A stretch of 64,000 nt of DNA, taken from assembly GCA_949358305.1 (NCBI GenBank), contig OX442314.1:4216001-4280000 (forward strand), given 5' to 3'. The notes below the pieces were generated by a model, which was not told the origin of the DNA, searched no databases, and was given only the letters and a program-made list of their open reading frames with translations. This DNA comes from Strigamia acuminata. Lineage: Eukaryota. Both the position numbers and the translations under genes were made by a program. The stretch's first letter is position 1. Each line of letters starts with the position of its first letter. This document shows positions 38,801-52,170 of the stretch, piece by piece.

Positions 38801-39597
38801 CAATTATACCCCAATTCTTATTTTTATTTTTATAGGAAGATGCACATTCACTAGGTTTGCAAAAATGTACATTTGGCAATAATTAAAGTAAATATGATAG
38901 AATTTAAAACCTTTATTAGGGGGAGAGGGAATAAACATAAGAGAAGTGTGACTGGTATGGTCTCAACCACGACAGTTTAGGGATTTGACTATCGCGGGAG
39001 GGACGCATACTCACGTAATAATTAGACAGGGACTCCAGATTGTTGGGTTTTGGCCTTTAATCATTGTCTTAGGGTTGGAATCCCATGTCTACCCATGTGC
39101 GGCAGTACTGTAATGCACGCAACACCTGTAACCGTCTCGTCACACACAGGGCACAAACCCCATGGGTGACGTGGTCGGTTACCAACGGACATTCTATCGT
39201 ACTTACCCATACGATCCATATGGCCACTCATTGAGACTGCAACAGGCTCCAAGCTATGTCACTGAGCATCACACTGGTGAATGGTGAGAGGAGCAGAGAA
39301 GCAACAGGCACAGCTGCCTTTGCCAACGTCGGGACCGCCACAACACACTTTTATCTTCCAACCGTACGTCCTTCCTCTCTGCTCTCTCGGCTCCGTCTCC
39401 CTCTCACCACACCGCTCCGCTCCCTCCTTCCCCAGCTGGGCCAGTCCACCCTGCAAAGGAATACAGCCTTGGGGCCCCTGGGCAATGTGTGGAGTGATGC
39501 AGGTCACCATGGGTGGCCAAGCAGTCACAGAAGAACAATAGTTTTCTTGGGATTGTTTTTTAGTTGAAGACTTTGTAACTAATCGGGGGGCGCACAT

Positions 39598-40197
39598 CTA
39601 AAATTGTGTAAGAAGGCTAAATATATTGTATAAAAAGGCTGCCCAAATCGTAACCAATCCTCCACCTTGCTGACGTTTTGAAAAAATCTGTTTGTCTTTG
39701 CGTAAGTCGTGCCAGTAATATTGCCATCTGTCTGGGCCATCCAAATTAAACTTTTTTTCATCACTGAACACTACTTTACGCCATTCCTTTTGCCAACACA
39801 CTTTATCCTTTGCAAATTCCACTCTTTTCACCTTGTGTCTTGGTTTCAAAGATGGAGTGGTTTTTCTCTTCTTGTACACTAAGTGTTGACAGTTGCTCGC
39901 AACTCTGGAGAGTGTTGATTTTGAAACATTAATGTCTGGACGCTTCGATAACTCCCCTAGGGTCACATTCGAATTGGAAATTTCACATAAAATTGTTCGT
40001 TTGTGGCGGTCTTGTAGCTTTGATGGTCGACCACTGTGAATTTTGGTGCCATATTTGTCTCTCAATTTTACATAACTGTTGATAAGACCATGACTTCTGT
40101 CCAAAAGTTTTGCTATTTGCCTGTTGGATGTATTCTGTTCACTTAAGATTGATATTTGTCCTTTTTCAAAGTCAGAAAGTCACAATCCATGAGGCAG
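39598..40197 (-). pseudogene. Tc3-like transposase pseudogene (HTH and start of DDE domain)
   Basis: LSDFEKGQI..SGRPSKL..VVFSDEKKFNLDGPD..YYWHDLR; stop near the N-terminus, truncated. Confidence 0.9.
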
Positions 40198-40347
40198 GAT
40201 TACAATGAATGCACAGCAAAAATGAAAGTGAAAGTAACAAATGTGACAGTTAAAAAACATTTAAAAAACGTCATTATAATTAGCTAAAAGCACCCTCTAT
40301 GATCAGTTAAAAAAACAATCGCCCACAACCTTAGAACCAAATGTGGA

Positions 40348-41080
40348 TTTATTTATTTATTTATTTAAATTCAAACACTCCAATGGAGTAAATACATTGT
40401 GGAAAAACGGAAATTATGAATGCGTTGAATATGAATGCGTAGCCGTTTACGCATGTGCTTGCAATGGAAACGGCAACGAGACGCAGAACAGTCAAAGACC
40501 GAGGATCTGACATCAAACGGAAGATTGTTCCAGAGTGACATACACCGATACGGATAGGTCTTCCCAAGATAGGTGGAGATCTCGGCGGTGACTTCAAATT
40601 TGTGGCGTCGAGTAGTGCGGGTGTCCATGTCAGTGTGGTAGTATTCAACTACAGCTCGTGCAGGATGGTCTGGGTTCCGGATGACATCAGCCAGCGATAA
40701 GTCATTCAGGAGCAGTAAGTTGTTCAGCATCAAGATTTTCAGTTTGTTATAAAGGGGAGTTACGTGGGTCTTGTCATGAAACTTGAAGGCGACACGGAGT
40801 ACCCGGTTGTAAGCAGTCGTAAGTTGATGCTTGAAGCGGTCTGGGGAGGAGTTCCAAAATTGGGAGACATACAATATGGTGGGGTGCACTTTTGAGCGGA
40901 TATAGGATATCATCTCTGTGCGAGATAATACACTTCTCAGGTGTTTCACGATGTACGCTGTGCGGGAGAGAAACCTGGTAATGTGGCGGATGTGAGGGGC
41001 GAAAGTCAGGTGAGGATCGAGGATCAAGCCTAAAACTGTGACAGTCTCAACAGGGTAGGGGGTCACCGCCCGGGGGGGTC
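40348..41080 (-). mobile_element. 5'-truncated LINE (CR1/L2-like) 3' end
   Basis: VLGLILDPHLTFAPHI...LWNNLPFDVR, the post-RT region; (TAAA)n tail at 40348-40366. Confidence 0.85.
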
Positions 41081-41283
41081 GACTAAAGGTGATTATGCAA
41101 CACCTAAAAATTACATTTTTGCTATAACAATATAAAAAAAATTTCCTTTCAACGAAAACTTCTTAAAATCTTGTAAAAACACATGTTATAATCAAACAGT
41201 ATAAAGAAATTTATTGTTGGAAAGAATTTTTGGCTGTAACACAGAATTTGTGGGTGGATTTATAATTATGAAACGCACCTTAC

Positions 41284-41409
41284 CTCGGCCCTAGTAGGAG
41301 ACTGTCCGGTGGAAGTTGCGTTGAAAATGTCAAGGATTTGGTCCAATTTGACGAGAATTTCTTTCCGGTTGGGGAGCGACAGTGAGCTGCGACTTGCGGC
41401 GGCGGCCAT
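41284..41409 (-). CDS. Putative orphan first coding exon on the opposite strand (42 codons)
   Basis: aaaATGG start; MAAAASRSSLSLPNRKEILVKLDQILDIFNATSTGQSPTRAE; GAG|GTAAGG donor; CCAAT box upstream at ~41657. Confidence 0.4.
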
Positions 41410-41835
41410 TTTAGACCTCTTTTAGACTCTCTTGTGTTCCTTTCAATATCACTTGCCAATTCGGTTCTAATATCACACTTTATAATATTAATCTTAAAAA
41501 TAATACATTACACATAAATAAATCAAAGAATATTAATTATTAGATTAGATGCGTAGACTCATGCATCACACTGATAGTTAAACTTAAAACAGCTAAACTG
41601 CAAAGTCCTGACAACTTATTCCTATTATTAAAAGAGGGCGCTGGTTAGAGCGCTTGATTGGTTGATATGGTCATCTGATCATTTCCTGGCAAAACAGCTA
41701 CCGGTAGCTAATAAGAATGAATGAAATCTCCGGGCTGAGAAGGGATTAGTATCCACATACAGTGCACTAGTTCATTTTAGTCCCTTGCTTACTAGACACA
41801 TACAGTAAGTATATTGACAATATATTATCTTTCAG

Positions 41836-41931
41836 TTGTTTCTAACTGATCCAAAAGACGAAGTTAATATTTTAGCACCAATGATGACAAACTATGGTGG
41901 AGTTAATGCGATATTTATTCGAACATTTAAG
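41836..41931 (+). CDS. DEG/ENaC exon 9 (parallels exon 4)
   Basis: ctttcag acceptor; LFLTDPKDEVNILAPMMTNYGGVNAIFIRTFK; AAG|GTGACA donor. Confidence 0.75.
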
Positions 41932-42066
41932 GTGACAATGTTAGGTGCATTCAAAGTTTTAGTTTTGCAGTTTACAAACTGTTCTAACTTTGAATACACA
42001 AATGATTATGTCAAAACCTATTTAAAAAAATTTAATAACCATGCTTGTCTTAATTTTATAAAATAG

Positions 42067-42176
42067 ACATTACGTAGAAATACCAGACATAATCCTTGCG
42101 AAAAAAACAAAACTGCTTATTTCATGTGTAAAACTGCTTGCAGACAATACAATTTATTTCGAATGATCAACTGCAG
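42067..42176 (+). CDS. DEG/ENaC exon 10 (parallels exon 5)
   Basis: TLRRNTRHNPCEKNKTAYFMCKTACRQYNLFRMINC; CAG|GTATTT donor, phase 2. Confidence 0.88.
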
Positions 42177-42589
42177 GTATTTTACAAGATGTTAGAAAAC
42201 TATCTGATAATATTTGATTGTAATCCAATTGCTTTTTTTAAACTAAAAGAGAGTTCACACCAGGGCCTGTTCTTAAAGGTCGTAAGAAGAGAAATAAAAA
42301 ATTTCTCTAATCTCATTAAAAAAACCTGAAAAAAAGTTATGTAATATTTTTAACTGTCAAACATACGGGTATTATTTAAAAGCATTGTTAAACTTCTAAC
42401 CGAGCAGTAATGACAATTTTCATAAATTTATAAATACTGCAATAAATCAAAGAATATTAATTATAGGATACTCAAGATTCACAATAACTCTAACTCTCTT
42501 TTTCCTGAAAATTAATTTTTTTGGACTACCGGTAACTTTAACTCCTCCAAAATTTTTTTCTTCTAATTTTAGAATGACTAACAAAGAAA

Positions 42590-44010
42590 CAGCAGGAGTG
42601 TGTGTGATCCATAATTGTTTAAATTTTTTTAAAATAAAGTATTGTTATTATCTAAACAGTCAAAACTTTCTTTATTTAAATGCACCTCTCTCACATGGTT
42701 ACAAACAGTTACAACACATAATTTTTTACTGTGATGTAACACTACTTTTTAATTTTTTGAGTAAAAAGGCCAATTATATCATTACACTTGGTGAATAAGC
42801 TGCTGGACATGTGACATCATAACAACTCATAATTCATAATTCACTATTCATATCACATGTAACATGTTGTTGTGACATCAATTGGCCACTCAATTTGGGT
42901 AAAGATCCTGTAAATATTTTCTATTCTAGTTTTTATAATGTATAACGATTATCATTAGAAATGTGTTTTTTCTTGTGCACCTGTTGCGCTTTTGGGCAAT
43001 TGGCGCAGAAGCTGTAACCGCTGCCCTGGTAGTTTGAGCCCTGGATTGGGGGGTTGCTAGGGCAAACACCAAATTAGCACCGTTGCTAGGGCCAAAGCAT
43101 GCCAGGGCACACGCCACGCCTGCGCATTGGCCGATTTTCTGGCCCGAGTTTGAGCAATAAATCCATTTATTGCTCACTCTTTGCATTTTCCTCACACCGT
43201 TCACACCGACACAGCTTTGTTCCAACCAAAAAACACTGTTTTGTCCGTGACAAGTGAGTTTGCCAAGTTTTAACTTGATTTGTCTGAACCAACGTTAGGG
43301 TTTACCCTAAGATCTAGGGTTTACCCTAAGATTTCCAGTTTGGTCAGGCTTATCAGCCGGACCATTTCGTGAAGTTCTCCGACTTCACGCTTACTTTCCT
43401 ACTTCGCACAGTTTGCGCGGCGTCAAGTTGCCATTCTTGCACTGCTTTTTCCCGCTCTCCGGAATACCGCGCTGTCTCGAACACGTGGACAACATCGTCT
43501 TATTAGAACCAGTACTTTTATCATTTTCTTCCATTTATCCCTGTAATTGAAGTAAATAAATCTATTCTTTGTTTATTTGTAAAGTAAAACATTTAGTCTT
43601 TATTCGCGGAATAATCCCTAGACACGTTACAAGCCGTAATATCCTTTTTTAACTCGATATAAGACCCCGTCGCGGCATTCAACTGCCTTCCATAGATTGA
43701 GCATCGGGACCTCTCTCATTTGAATTATCCCATCAAAAATATAAATTTAGTGTAAAAATCAATTGGATTCACAGGAACGCAACAATGTTCAGCAGCCTAT
43801 TCACCAAGTGTAATGATATAATTGGGCGTTTTACTCAAAAAATAAAAAAAGTCATAAAACACACAGTAAAGAATTCTGTGTTGTAACTGTTTGGAACAAT
43901 GTGAGAGAAAAGTACATTTAAATAAAGAAAGTATTGACTGTTTAGATAATAACAATACTTTATTTTAAAAAATTTAAACAATTGTGGATTACACACTCCT
44001 GCGGTCTCAT
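42590..44010. mobile_element. Non-autonomous element with ~220-bp inverted arms and a GC-richer LTR-like insert
   Basis: 42590-42805 is inverted at 43790-44005; central TGTAAC..GTTACA segment (~42858-43631) has no clear TSD. Confidence 0.65.
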
Positions 44011-44263
44011 AGTAAGTTTTAATATTTTTTCCATCTTTAATAAAATAATATAACATTTACAACAAATAACATCATTATGATAGCGCCGTATACTGTTTTG
44101 CCACCTTGCAAAATCTTAGTTTCCCAGGTAATAAGTTATCACATTTTTCAAAGCATGAGCACATGTTTTAATTTGCTCATAATAAGTGTGGATTACAAGC
44201 AAAATTATTCAAGAGTATTTATACATATGTTTGATTGCAGTACAGTAAGCCAACTTATTTCAG

Positions 44264-44645
44264 ATTACCTTACATGTCAACATCTAATTTACCAACTTGC
44301 AACACAACGGCAGACATTACTGGTGCCCATTTCACGTATTTGAATAACTCTAACATAAATCAAAAACAATGCAAATGTAAACGACCTTGTGAACATATTT
44401 TTTACCAACCTATTATGCATGCAAATAACGTCTTAGAGGTATTTAAGGTTCATACATTTCTGCACTTTCTAATGGCTGATAGTTTTATACAGAACACGGT
44501 AGAAAAAGAGAAATATCCAACATCTCAGTTGTTAAGCGATGTCGGGAGCATTGTAGGATTAACGTTGGGAATGTCATTACTTTCTTTGCACATTGATATT
44601 TTAAAAGGTTATAAATGGGTTCGACACAATCTGGCTGGTCGATAA
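44264..44645 (+). CDS. DEG/ENaC last exon (TM2 of repeat 2)
   Basis: tttcag acceptor in phase 2; LPYM..CKCKRPC..LLSDVGSIVGLTLGMSLLSL; stop TAA. Confidence 0.92.
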
Positions 44646-44950
44646 AAAAATAAGGTCAGGTGATCCGATCTTGTAATCATAACAATAATTGCCCCCCCCC
44701 CCCCCCCGTCTATAAAAAAGCCAATGCAAAATAACATTATAACAAGGTTAAATTATAGTTTTCTTTTTGTGGGCAGAGCCAAACTGCATTATGTCATAAT
44801 TTTCCAATGGTTTATTGTAAGCAATTAAATGTTTTATTAATTCTACATTGGATTGTTCCAAATGTTTGTTTACCGTTACAATTTTGTAAAGACTATTTGT
44901 TAGGACAAAATTAAGGTTTCTTTTTTGTTCATATCTTCTTGCTTTTATTC

Positions 44951-45363
44951 AAATTATTATAAATTTTCCTCAAATAATTCTAAATTCTCCTCAAATAATT
45001 CTAAATTTTCCTCAAATTATTCTAAATTTTCCTCAAATTATTCTAAATTTCCTCAAATAATTCTAAATTTTCCGCAAATTATTCTAAAATTTTCCTCAAA
45101 TTATTCTAAATTTTTCTCAAATTATTCTAAATTTTTCTCAAATTATTCTAAATTTTTCTAAAATTTTTCTCAATTTTCCTAAAATTTTTCTCAATTTTCC
45201 TAAAATTTTTCTCAATTTTCCTAAAATTTTTCTCAATTTTCCTAAAATTTTTCTCAATTTTCCTAAAATTTTTCTCAATTTTCCTAAAATTTTTCTCAAT
45301 TTTCCTAAAATTTTTCTCAATTTTCCTAAAAGTTTTCTCAATTTTCCTAAAATTTTTCACAAT
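44951..45363. repeat. Two adjoining 21-bp AT-rich minisatellites
   Basis: (AAATTATTCTAAATTTTCCTC)n followed by (AATTTTCCTAAAATTTTTCTC)n. Confidence 0.95.
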
Positions 45364-46523
45364 TTTCATCAAATCTTTCTCAACAGTATCTTGCATTCCA
45401 AACCTTACAGTTGCAAAGTGACAACTATCCCATTTGGTTAATAATTATAATTATTTGCAAAAATGTACGTTACTTTGCCTGAAATTTTACACGCTTGTCA
45501 TTTGCAATAGTGTCCAATTAATCACCGGGTTCGTACACTTAACTTAGATATGGCATCCCCAACGTAGCATACACCGTTCAAAAACGTAAAATTTTGGCAT
45601 CAAAAACACTTTTTATTGTATAAAATTTCATTTTTGGGCCGAAAAGCCAATTAAACGCCTGACTCAATGATCGCCTTGGTGGTTCGAGTGTTTAAAAGGA
45701 ATAAACGTTTGGGTGTTTACTGCATTTGAGTTCACAGGTTGACACCATTTACACCTTTTGACATCATTTTATGTGTAACAAATATTGATAATTGTGTAGT
45801 ATGCTATTACTGTACACCGTTTTTTAAACCTCTCAATTCTAGCAATTTATATTGAAATTTTATCATTCAGCACAACATTTAAAAATATAAATTTAGCACC
45901 CTTTTATCAAAAATAAACTTTAAATTTGTCTGCATTCGTGTAATTGGATTATTAAAATTATTTTATTTTGCTCGTATTCTGTCAATCAATTTAGTTAATT
46001 CGTGCAACAATAACAATGTACTCACCGCGAACAGGAAACGTGTGGTAGCAATATAATTTCTTCACGAATAAATAAAAATAAGTTACAATTAACAGCGTGG
46101 CGAAGTGAGCGCCGAAGTGCTTGTCCGGCGCCATTATCCTCTGACCTAGTTTTCGTCATCATCGTCCTGCAGAAATGGAAACTTTTGATGCGCTTTTTCT
46201 TTGCGCTTTTTATCTGAAAATAATAACGAAAATAATGATAAAAATTGTTTTAACCAAAAACAACAAAAATAAAACACATTAATCTTTGCTTTGGAATCGC
46301 TGGTGACTCGAGAAACCCGGAAACCTAGTCGTTGAATTTGTTTACTCGCCACTAGATGGCAGTCGGGAAACCTAAAAAACTTGCAAGACAACAAAAGGTT
46401 TGTAGCCAGTCACTGGCAACACACCCACATGGCCTAGTTCAACCACACCCTCCCAGAAAGAGTTGATAATGATGGTTGTGAAATAACGAAACATCAATAT
46501 TCTGAGTGTCCTTTAAATTTCAG

Positions 46524-46612
46524 TACGTATGACCTTGCTCCAGTGAAAACAAATTCAGAGATTGCTGCCAAAATTGCTTTTTTAAACGATTAGAAAACAA
46601 CCTAACCTGCAA
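46524..46612 (+). pseudogene. Pseudo-exon copy of ENaC exon 5
   Basis: CCTTGCTCCAGTGAAAACAAATTCAGAGATTGC...ACCTGCAA|GTAAAA aligns to 22021-22106; deletion and stop at the 5' end. Confidence 0.8.
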
Positions 46613-46944
46613 GTAAAAGCATTTTCATTCTAATTAGCACAAGAAATTTCTATTTCACATAAAAAAAAACTGTTATGTATTTAGTAAAACAATTACACAT
46701 ATTGTAAAACATTTAAACAAATCATACATTGTAATTACTAATAGTAATTTTTAATGTTTGTGTACAAATTTTTGCTGGACAAAGGTTTAGCACCATATTC
46801 AAAAAAGCACAAAGAAATCGGTTTCTTCAGAAAATCACTGTTTATTTGAACAATACATTCCAATATTATGTTGTATAACGAAAATTTTGTATGTGTGATT
46901 ATGCAGGCCAAGTCAAAACCTAAATTTGGAACACTGAGCAATTC

Positions 46945-47110
46945 ACTTATTAACTTTATGCTTAGAATCATTTTCCTGCTGAAATAGCCATGTCAAATGC
47001 AGTTCATCATCCGCACATGGAAGCATAACAATCCTCCAATAAGTATATTGGTCCATGATACTCTTGATTGAATGTTTTGGACCGATACCCATACAGGAAA
47101 ACCATTCCAA
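46945..47110 (-). pseudogene. Tc1 DDE-domain fragment
   Basis: FSCMGIGPKHSIKSIMDQY..VMLPCADDELHLTWLFQQENDSKH, a variant of the FQQDNDPKH motif. Confidence 0.75.
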
Positions 47111-48285
47111 TGACATAATGGCTTGGGTTAGGTTGGGTTAAGCTTTTTGTGCTTTTGACCGAATTTAAAAAATTACAAAATCCAATTTCCCGTAAAAATT
47201 CCAGATTTCTCCCCGATCCGAGACTTTGCCATTGAATTAGCACACACGACCAACGCGCCAATAGCACTCGAATTAAGTGAAGTTAAAAAATTTCACATAA
47301 AACACCGACATGGGACCGAACTTATACACAAAATATGAGACACGAGTAAATTTTAAGCGAGTATTTTCCCTACCTTCGCGGTTGAGACATCGCCAGCCAG
47401 TTACGATCGTACACTAAAGGTTTCTTCAAATCCTAAATGAGAAAAATCAATCAAATTACAGGTTATAATCATCGCAAATCAGAAACAAAACCCGTAACGT
47501 ACTTTGAAGTGGATCGACAGCCATTTTGGTTAGGTTTTGTGTGAGTGCATTCCAAGTAGAGCGCGCCCTCAACGGTCAAACACTCAAGACACGGCGTTGC
47601 GTTGAACACCGAATGGAAGCAAACATTACACACTTCATAGAAAATGAGTTGGGTCAAATTGGTGCGGTAGTTGTCGCGTGGGAATGTATGGCCTATGTAG
47701 ACCCTAAGAGCTTTAATTTTGCAAGTTTTGATAAAGACTTTAAGAAAAGCAAGCAAGCTGTGTCGTGGTATTTTCCCAGACTTTGCCCACTAAATTCTTT
47801 CAGTGAAATTTGTGTACTACAGTTGGAGTTATTTTGCCAGACATTCAGGGAGGGGTGTTCAAATAAGAAGACTTACTGTCTCAAGTGGACACGAGACAGT
47901 TTAACGTAAATAGTTTTCTTTTAAAATACAGCTTGTCGTAACCTTGGTTCCGGTAATAAACTTACACAATATCTTACAAATAATACTTTTATTTAACACT
48001 GTAATAATACAATAATAATACTTAATGTTGTTGGTCTCGGATCCTTCGGTCGGATACGATTGTTGCTGCACGGCAGTCTTACACGTGGCTTCTGTTGTCT
48101 AGGGTAAAATGGCGTCTTGCGAAAACACGTGTTTGCAAACGCTTCGCTTCGGCGATCTGGATAGATATTTCGATCGTAGTTTTGCTACGATAAATATCTG
48201 TGACTTTAGGTTATAGATGACTTGGGCAACGGGCATCGGTCCTCTATCAATCCGTGGTATTCGGCCTGAAAGGTGAGGTGTGATG

Positions 48286-48789
48286 GGCGTGCCGTTCCAA
48301 CGGCGAATCAGCTAAGGGCGAATCTGGCCATTCGGACAAATGGCGAATTTCTATCTTATTTCGTCCAAAAGCAGTCCCAATGGCAAATTTCTCCCAATTC
48401 GCTATTGGGAACGTATTTGTACCTTTCTAATGGCGAATTGGTAGAAATTAGCCACAGGGGCGCACATCTAGCGCGACATCAATCTGCTGCGACAAGCCGT
48501 CCCAAAAAAATGGGTTTGCACCAAAAAACCAGTAAGGTTAGGTTCGCGGGGGGTCAAGGGGGGGCGCAGCCCCCCCTTGTTAGCCCTTCTTAGGAATTGG
48601 AAGTTGTGGTAGATGACGCCCACAGATTCGCCATTGGAAACGCAAATAACGTTTCCAATGGCGAATTTCAATATACACATTTCCAATGGCGAATTTTCCC
48701 AGATTCGCCATTGGAAACGTCAAAATAGCTTTCTAATGGCGAATTTTGGAAATTCGCCATTAGGTGATTCGCCGTTGGAACGGGTACCC
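48286..48789. mobile_element. MITE with TTCGCCATTGGAA repeats, copy 2 (inverted)
   Basis: CCGTTCCAACGGCGAATC TIRs; GTGTGATG duplicated on both sides. Confidence 0.88.
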
Positions 48790-49199
48790 GTGTGATGCTA
48801 CTGTTGCTATTGAATCTATAAGTGGCGCTTCCGGTCAAAACACGAGTTTAAATACCCCTAGTGACCGGAAATGACGAATTTGCATAAATTCGGGGAGTTA
48901 TGCAAATGGTGACGTCATCATTACATTGATTCCGCAGAAATGGTAAAACTAGTTTAGCTAGTTTTCTTTGTAATAATCATTTTGTGTCACATTTCCGATC
49001 AAAGAATAATATCATTTATTTATTATACACATATATATTTTATAAAACATTTTGTGACCTCAGGATCACCACAAGCTCAATTATTTTAATACATTTAATT
49101 CGGGATTGGGTGTACTTCAACGGCAGGAAAGCTCTGTTGAGCAAAGTTAGGTATGAAAAACCGTATGAAAAAAATTTGAAATTTGAAAATTACTATTTG

Positions 49200-52092
49200 T
49201 ATTAATAATTAATATTTCCCATTGTTCTTTTTGTAATTTATTTTAATACATCATTCCTTTTAGTATTGTAAGAATTATTCCTTGAATTAGAGTGATTTGA
49301 GAAAACTTGGTTCTATTATTATTGTTATTAAAATATTGTATAAGTCTTGTTTAAGCAATTTTATAAATATATACGGTTTGTGCCTAAGAAATTAAAATTT
49401 AATTTAATTAAATTGTAAGTTTACTGTGTTTTGTAATAAATTAAAGGAAGAGGACTTTTCTGCTGGAAATTGAGTTTTCAGTCTAAAAATTTGAATTTTT
49501 ATCTGAAAAATTTCTTGCTGAAAAAATTCAATTTTCAATTTTCTAGTTAAAATAGCAAATTACGGCTACGTCCCAGAAGCGGCTTGGGAAAGTTTCCGCC
49601 GCCGCCACGTAATAAAACAGCACTTTATTAAGAGAATTGTTCGTTTGTCGCTTTTCTAATCAATGGGTGTAGAAATTAATTTTTTTTCGTCAGTTTCCTC
49701 GCTAATCAATGGGCGCGGTGGAAGCAGAAGATATTTCTGGTGATTTTTACAGCTTTATCATTACGTTTTTTGGATTTCTGGCAATGACCCGGGAACGTCA
49801 GTGGCGAAGCCTTCCATGTCGTATTAAATTAGAATTGGCAACTCGCATGACAAATTACTCATTCGAAACTAAAAATTTGTGAAGCACGCCAAATTCAAGG
49901 AGGGCAAAGCAAATTAAAGTTCCATCTTAATATTTATATATTTGTTATTTTTATGTTGCTTTTTAGATTTAGGGTCACTACTAATGCCTCGTTAGACTAC
50001 GTTGTGGTGGATCCTGAAGCGATTGCAGAGATTTTCCACTGCATTAATGATAAAAGCAGTGTGTTTCAATGTGCGCACAAGCTAAATAAAATTGTCGTTG
50101 CCCCTTTTTTGTCTGAGAATAGAATACAAGAAAAAGAGAGTCCAAAATGGCGTTATATGGCCACCAATTTGAGGAGGGACTAAAGCACTGTGCTTCAGAT
50201 TAAGGATGTTGAGGGTATTATTTAAGAAGTTAAAAAATTTGAAATTTGAAAATTAAAAATTAAAAATATAATTCTAATTTTAATTTTGCAGGTCTAAAAC
50301 TACATGGTACCGACCAAAAGAAAGACCAGCTGCAACTGACCATCGCCATAACCCGTACGATACATTTTTTTCATCTGAGCAAAGTTAGCACCCAAAAAAC
50401 GGTCCGTATATTCAAGAAAAGTCAATCACCAAGTGGTCAAGGAGAGGAAAGAAGGGGAAAAAAGGAGCATAATGTGATTAACATTCCTGAGTTTGCCCAG
50501 ACATTAACCAAGTACATTCCAGATAACAGATTGGAGAGCAGAAAGGAGAAATTGCGTTGAAAATAAATTTTTCTAACAAATTTACAAAAAAGAGATTGAT
50601 TTCTTTGATTTAAGTTATTACTTATTAGTCGCTTTTTGCATGGTCGGTATAGATAGCAGCAAAATTACTCAAAAGGAATGTCAAAATTATTATCCTTGAT
50701 GGTGGGGAGATTTATAACAGAAGCGCAAGTAAATTTACATATTTAAACTGTTGGATTTAAAGCAATTTGTTCTCCGTTTATCCTCGTTTTATTTTAGTTT
50801 ACAATTATTGTCTGTATGGTGTACCAAATAGATTACCATACTTGTGCTCACTTTAGTTGTATAGCAATATTGGATTAAAACATGCCATGTTCTTTTTCAT
50901 ATCAAATGGCTCTTTATTTGATCCAAGCATCAACATAAACAACTATTTCATTCCGGCCGTAACGACTGTACCGTTCCTCACAGTTGACCCACATCACCGA
51001 AAACTTTAAAATCAAGTCAAAGGGATATGGAAAGCAGATGCTTCGGTCGTGCATTTAATTTAGACAGTAATTTATTATTATCATTATTATACAGCAACAC
51101 CAACCCAGTAAGGAAATAGAGACAAAAGCAGAGAAAAGAGAGCCTGGAGTAAGGACTGAGAGGAAGGCGGACGTAAACCAACTGACCTTGTTGTTCATAA
51201 ATAGCGCTATGCAAGGATTTTATCGCTTTTTAGTCATTTTCTTAAAACAATTTTATCGCTTTTTGTTCAATTATGTATGTAAATAATCTTTTGTTTTTTT
51301 AGTGGCAGTTGCCCACATAATGAAGATTGTTAGAAGTTACGACCATCTCCTGAATCACGCCTGCTTGACGAAAGAAATCTTTTGGCAATTTTTAATTACC
51401 GAGTGCAATTCTTCAGAATTACCAAGCAATTGTAGATTTAGAGCAGCTCTGAAAAGAGTAACCATCAAATGGTGCAAGGGGAAAATACCTCAGAAACATG
51501 CAGTTACAGTGTGTGGAGCAGGAATAATATTAATAAATATGTTAAACTTGAAGAGAAATAAATGTTCCTACAAATTTACCACACAATTTCCAAAGTCCTT
51601 GGCTACAAATGATGTTTTAGTTGAAGTTTTCAAAATGGCGTCGGAGTAGTAAAGAAGCACAACCACACGTTTTACAAAGCAAAAGTACACTAACTTTATT
51701 CTATTCATAAAGGAAAAAGGAAATGCAAATGACGAGTTCGGAGAACCAATCACAAGCATCCGTAAGATATGGGCATGACGTGTTCGAGCAGAGGAATGCA
51801 AAGGGATTAAGAGGGATTAACAAGTTAAGATTCCAATAAAAGAACAGGTCAACACATCTCAATGGAAATACAAAATACATTATAATATAAAATGTAACAT
51901 CGAAATCAAATACACAAATCAAATAAAATCATAAATTCAATATTAAAAATCACAAGTAAAAAATGGAAATATAAATCAACAATACTAATTTAAACAATAT
52001 AAATGAAACTCAAATAATAATTCACGTGTAAAATCATCCGATTTTCACAAAATATATACGATTTGTGCCTAGGAAATTGAAATTAAATTTAA

Positions 52093-52130
<38 letters not shown>

Positions 52131-52170
52131 CAACTCAGCCACTTCAAATGGGATTAATTAGGATGAGCAA
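49200..52170 (+). repeat. Second, rearranged copy of the composite repeat at 160-7700
   Basis: 49597-49952 ~ 4483-4853; 50232-50350 ~ 3352-3475; 51177-51540 ~ 3881-4207; 52050-52166 ~ 4202-4248 plus 4910-4984. Confidence 0.8.
51540..52049. mobile_element. Solo LTR (510 bp), 5-bp TSD AAATA
   Basis: TG..CA ends; the empty site is visible in the paralogous block at ~4198-4212. Confidence 0.85.

Noticed and set aside
38930..39540. GC-rich segment with a CPVC peptide as a LINE 3' remnant
   Set aside because: Too degraded to assign; no convincing RT or RNase H motif
41089..41198. Alternative ENaC exon 8 (GDYATPKNYIFAITI*KKFPF..)
   Set aside because: In-frame TAA, no polypyrimidine tract and a weak donor
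47526..47909. 127-aa ORF as a gene
   Set aside because: No recognisable motif, and it lies in decayed repeat sequence with stops upstream
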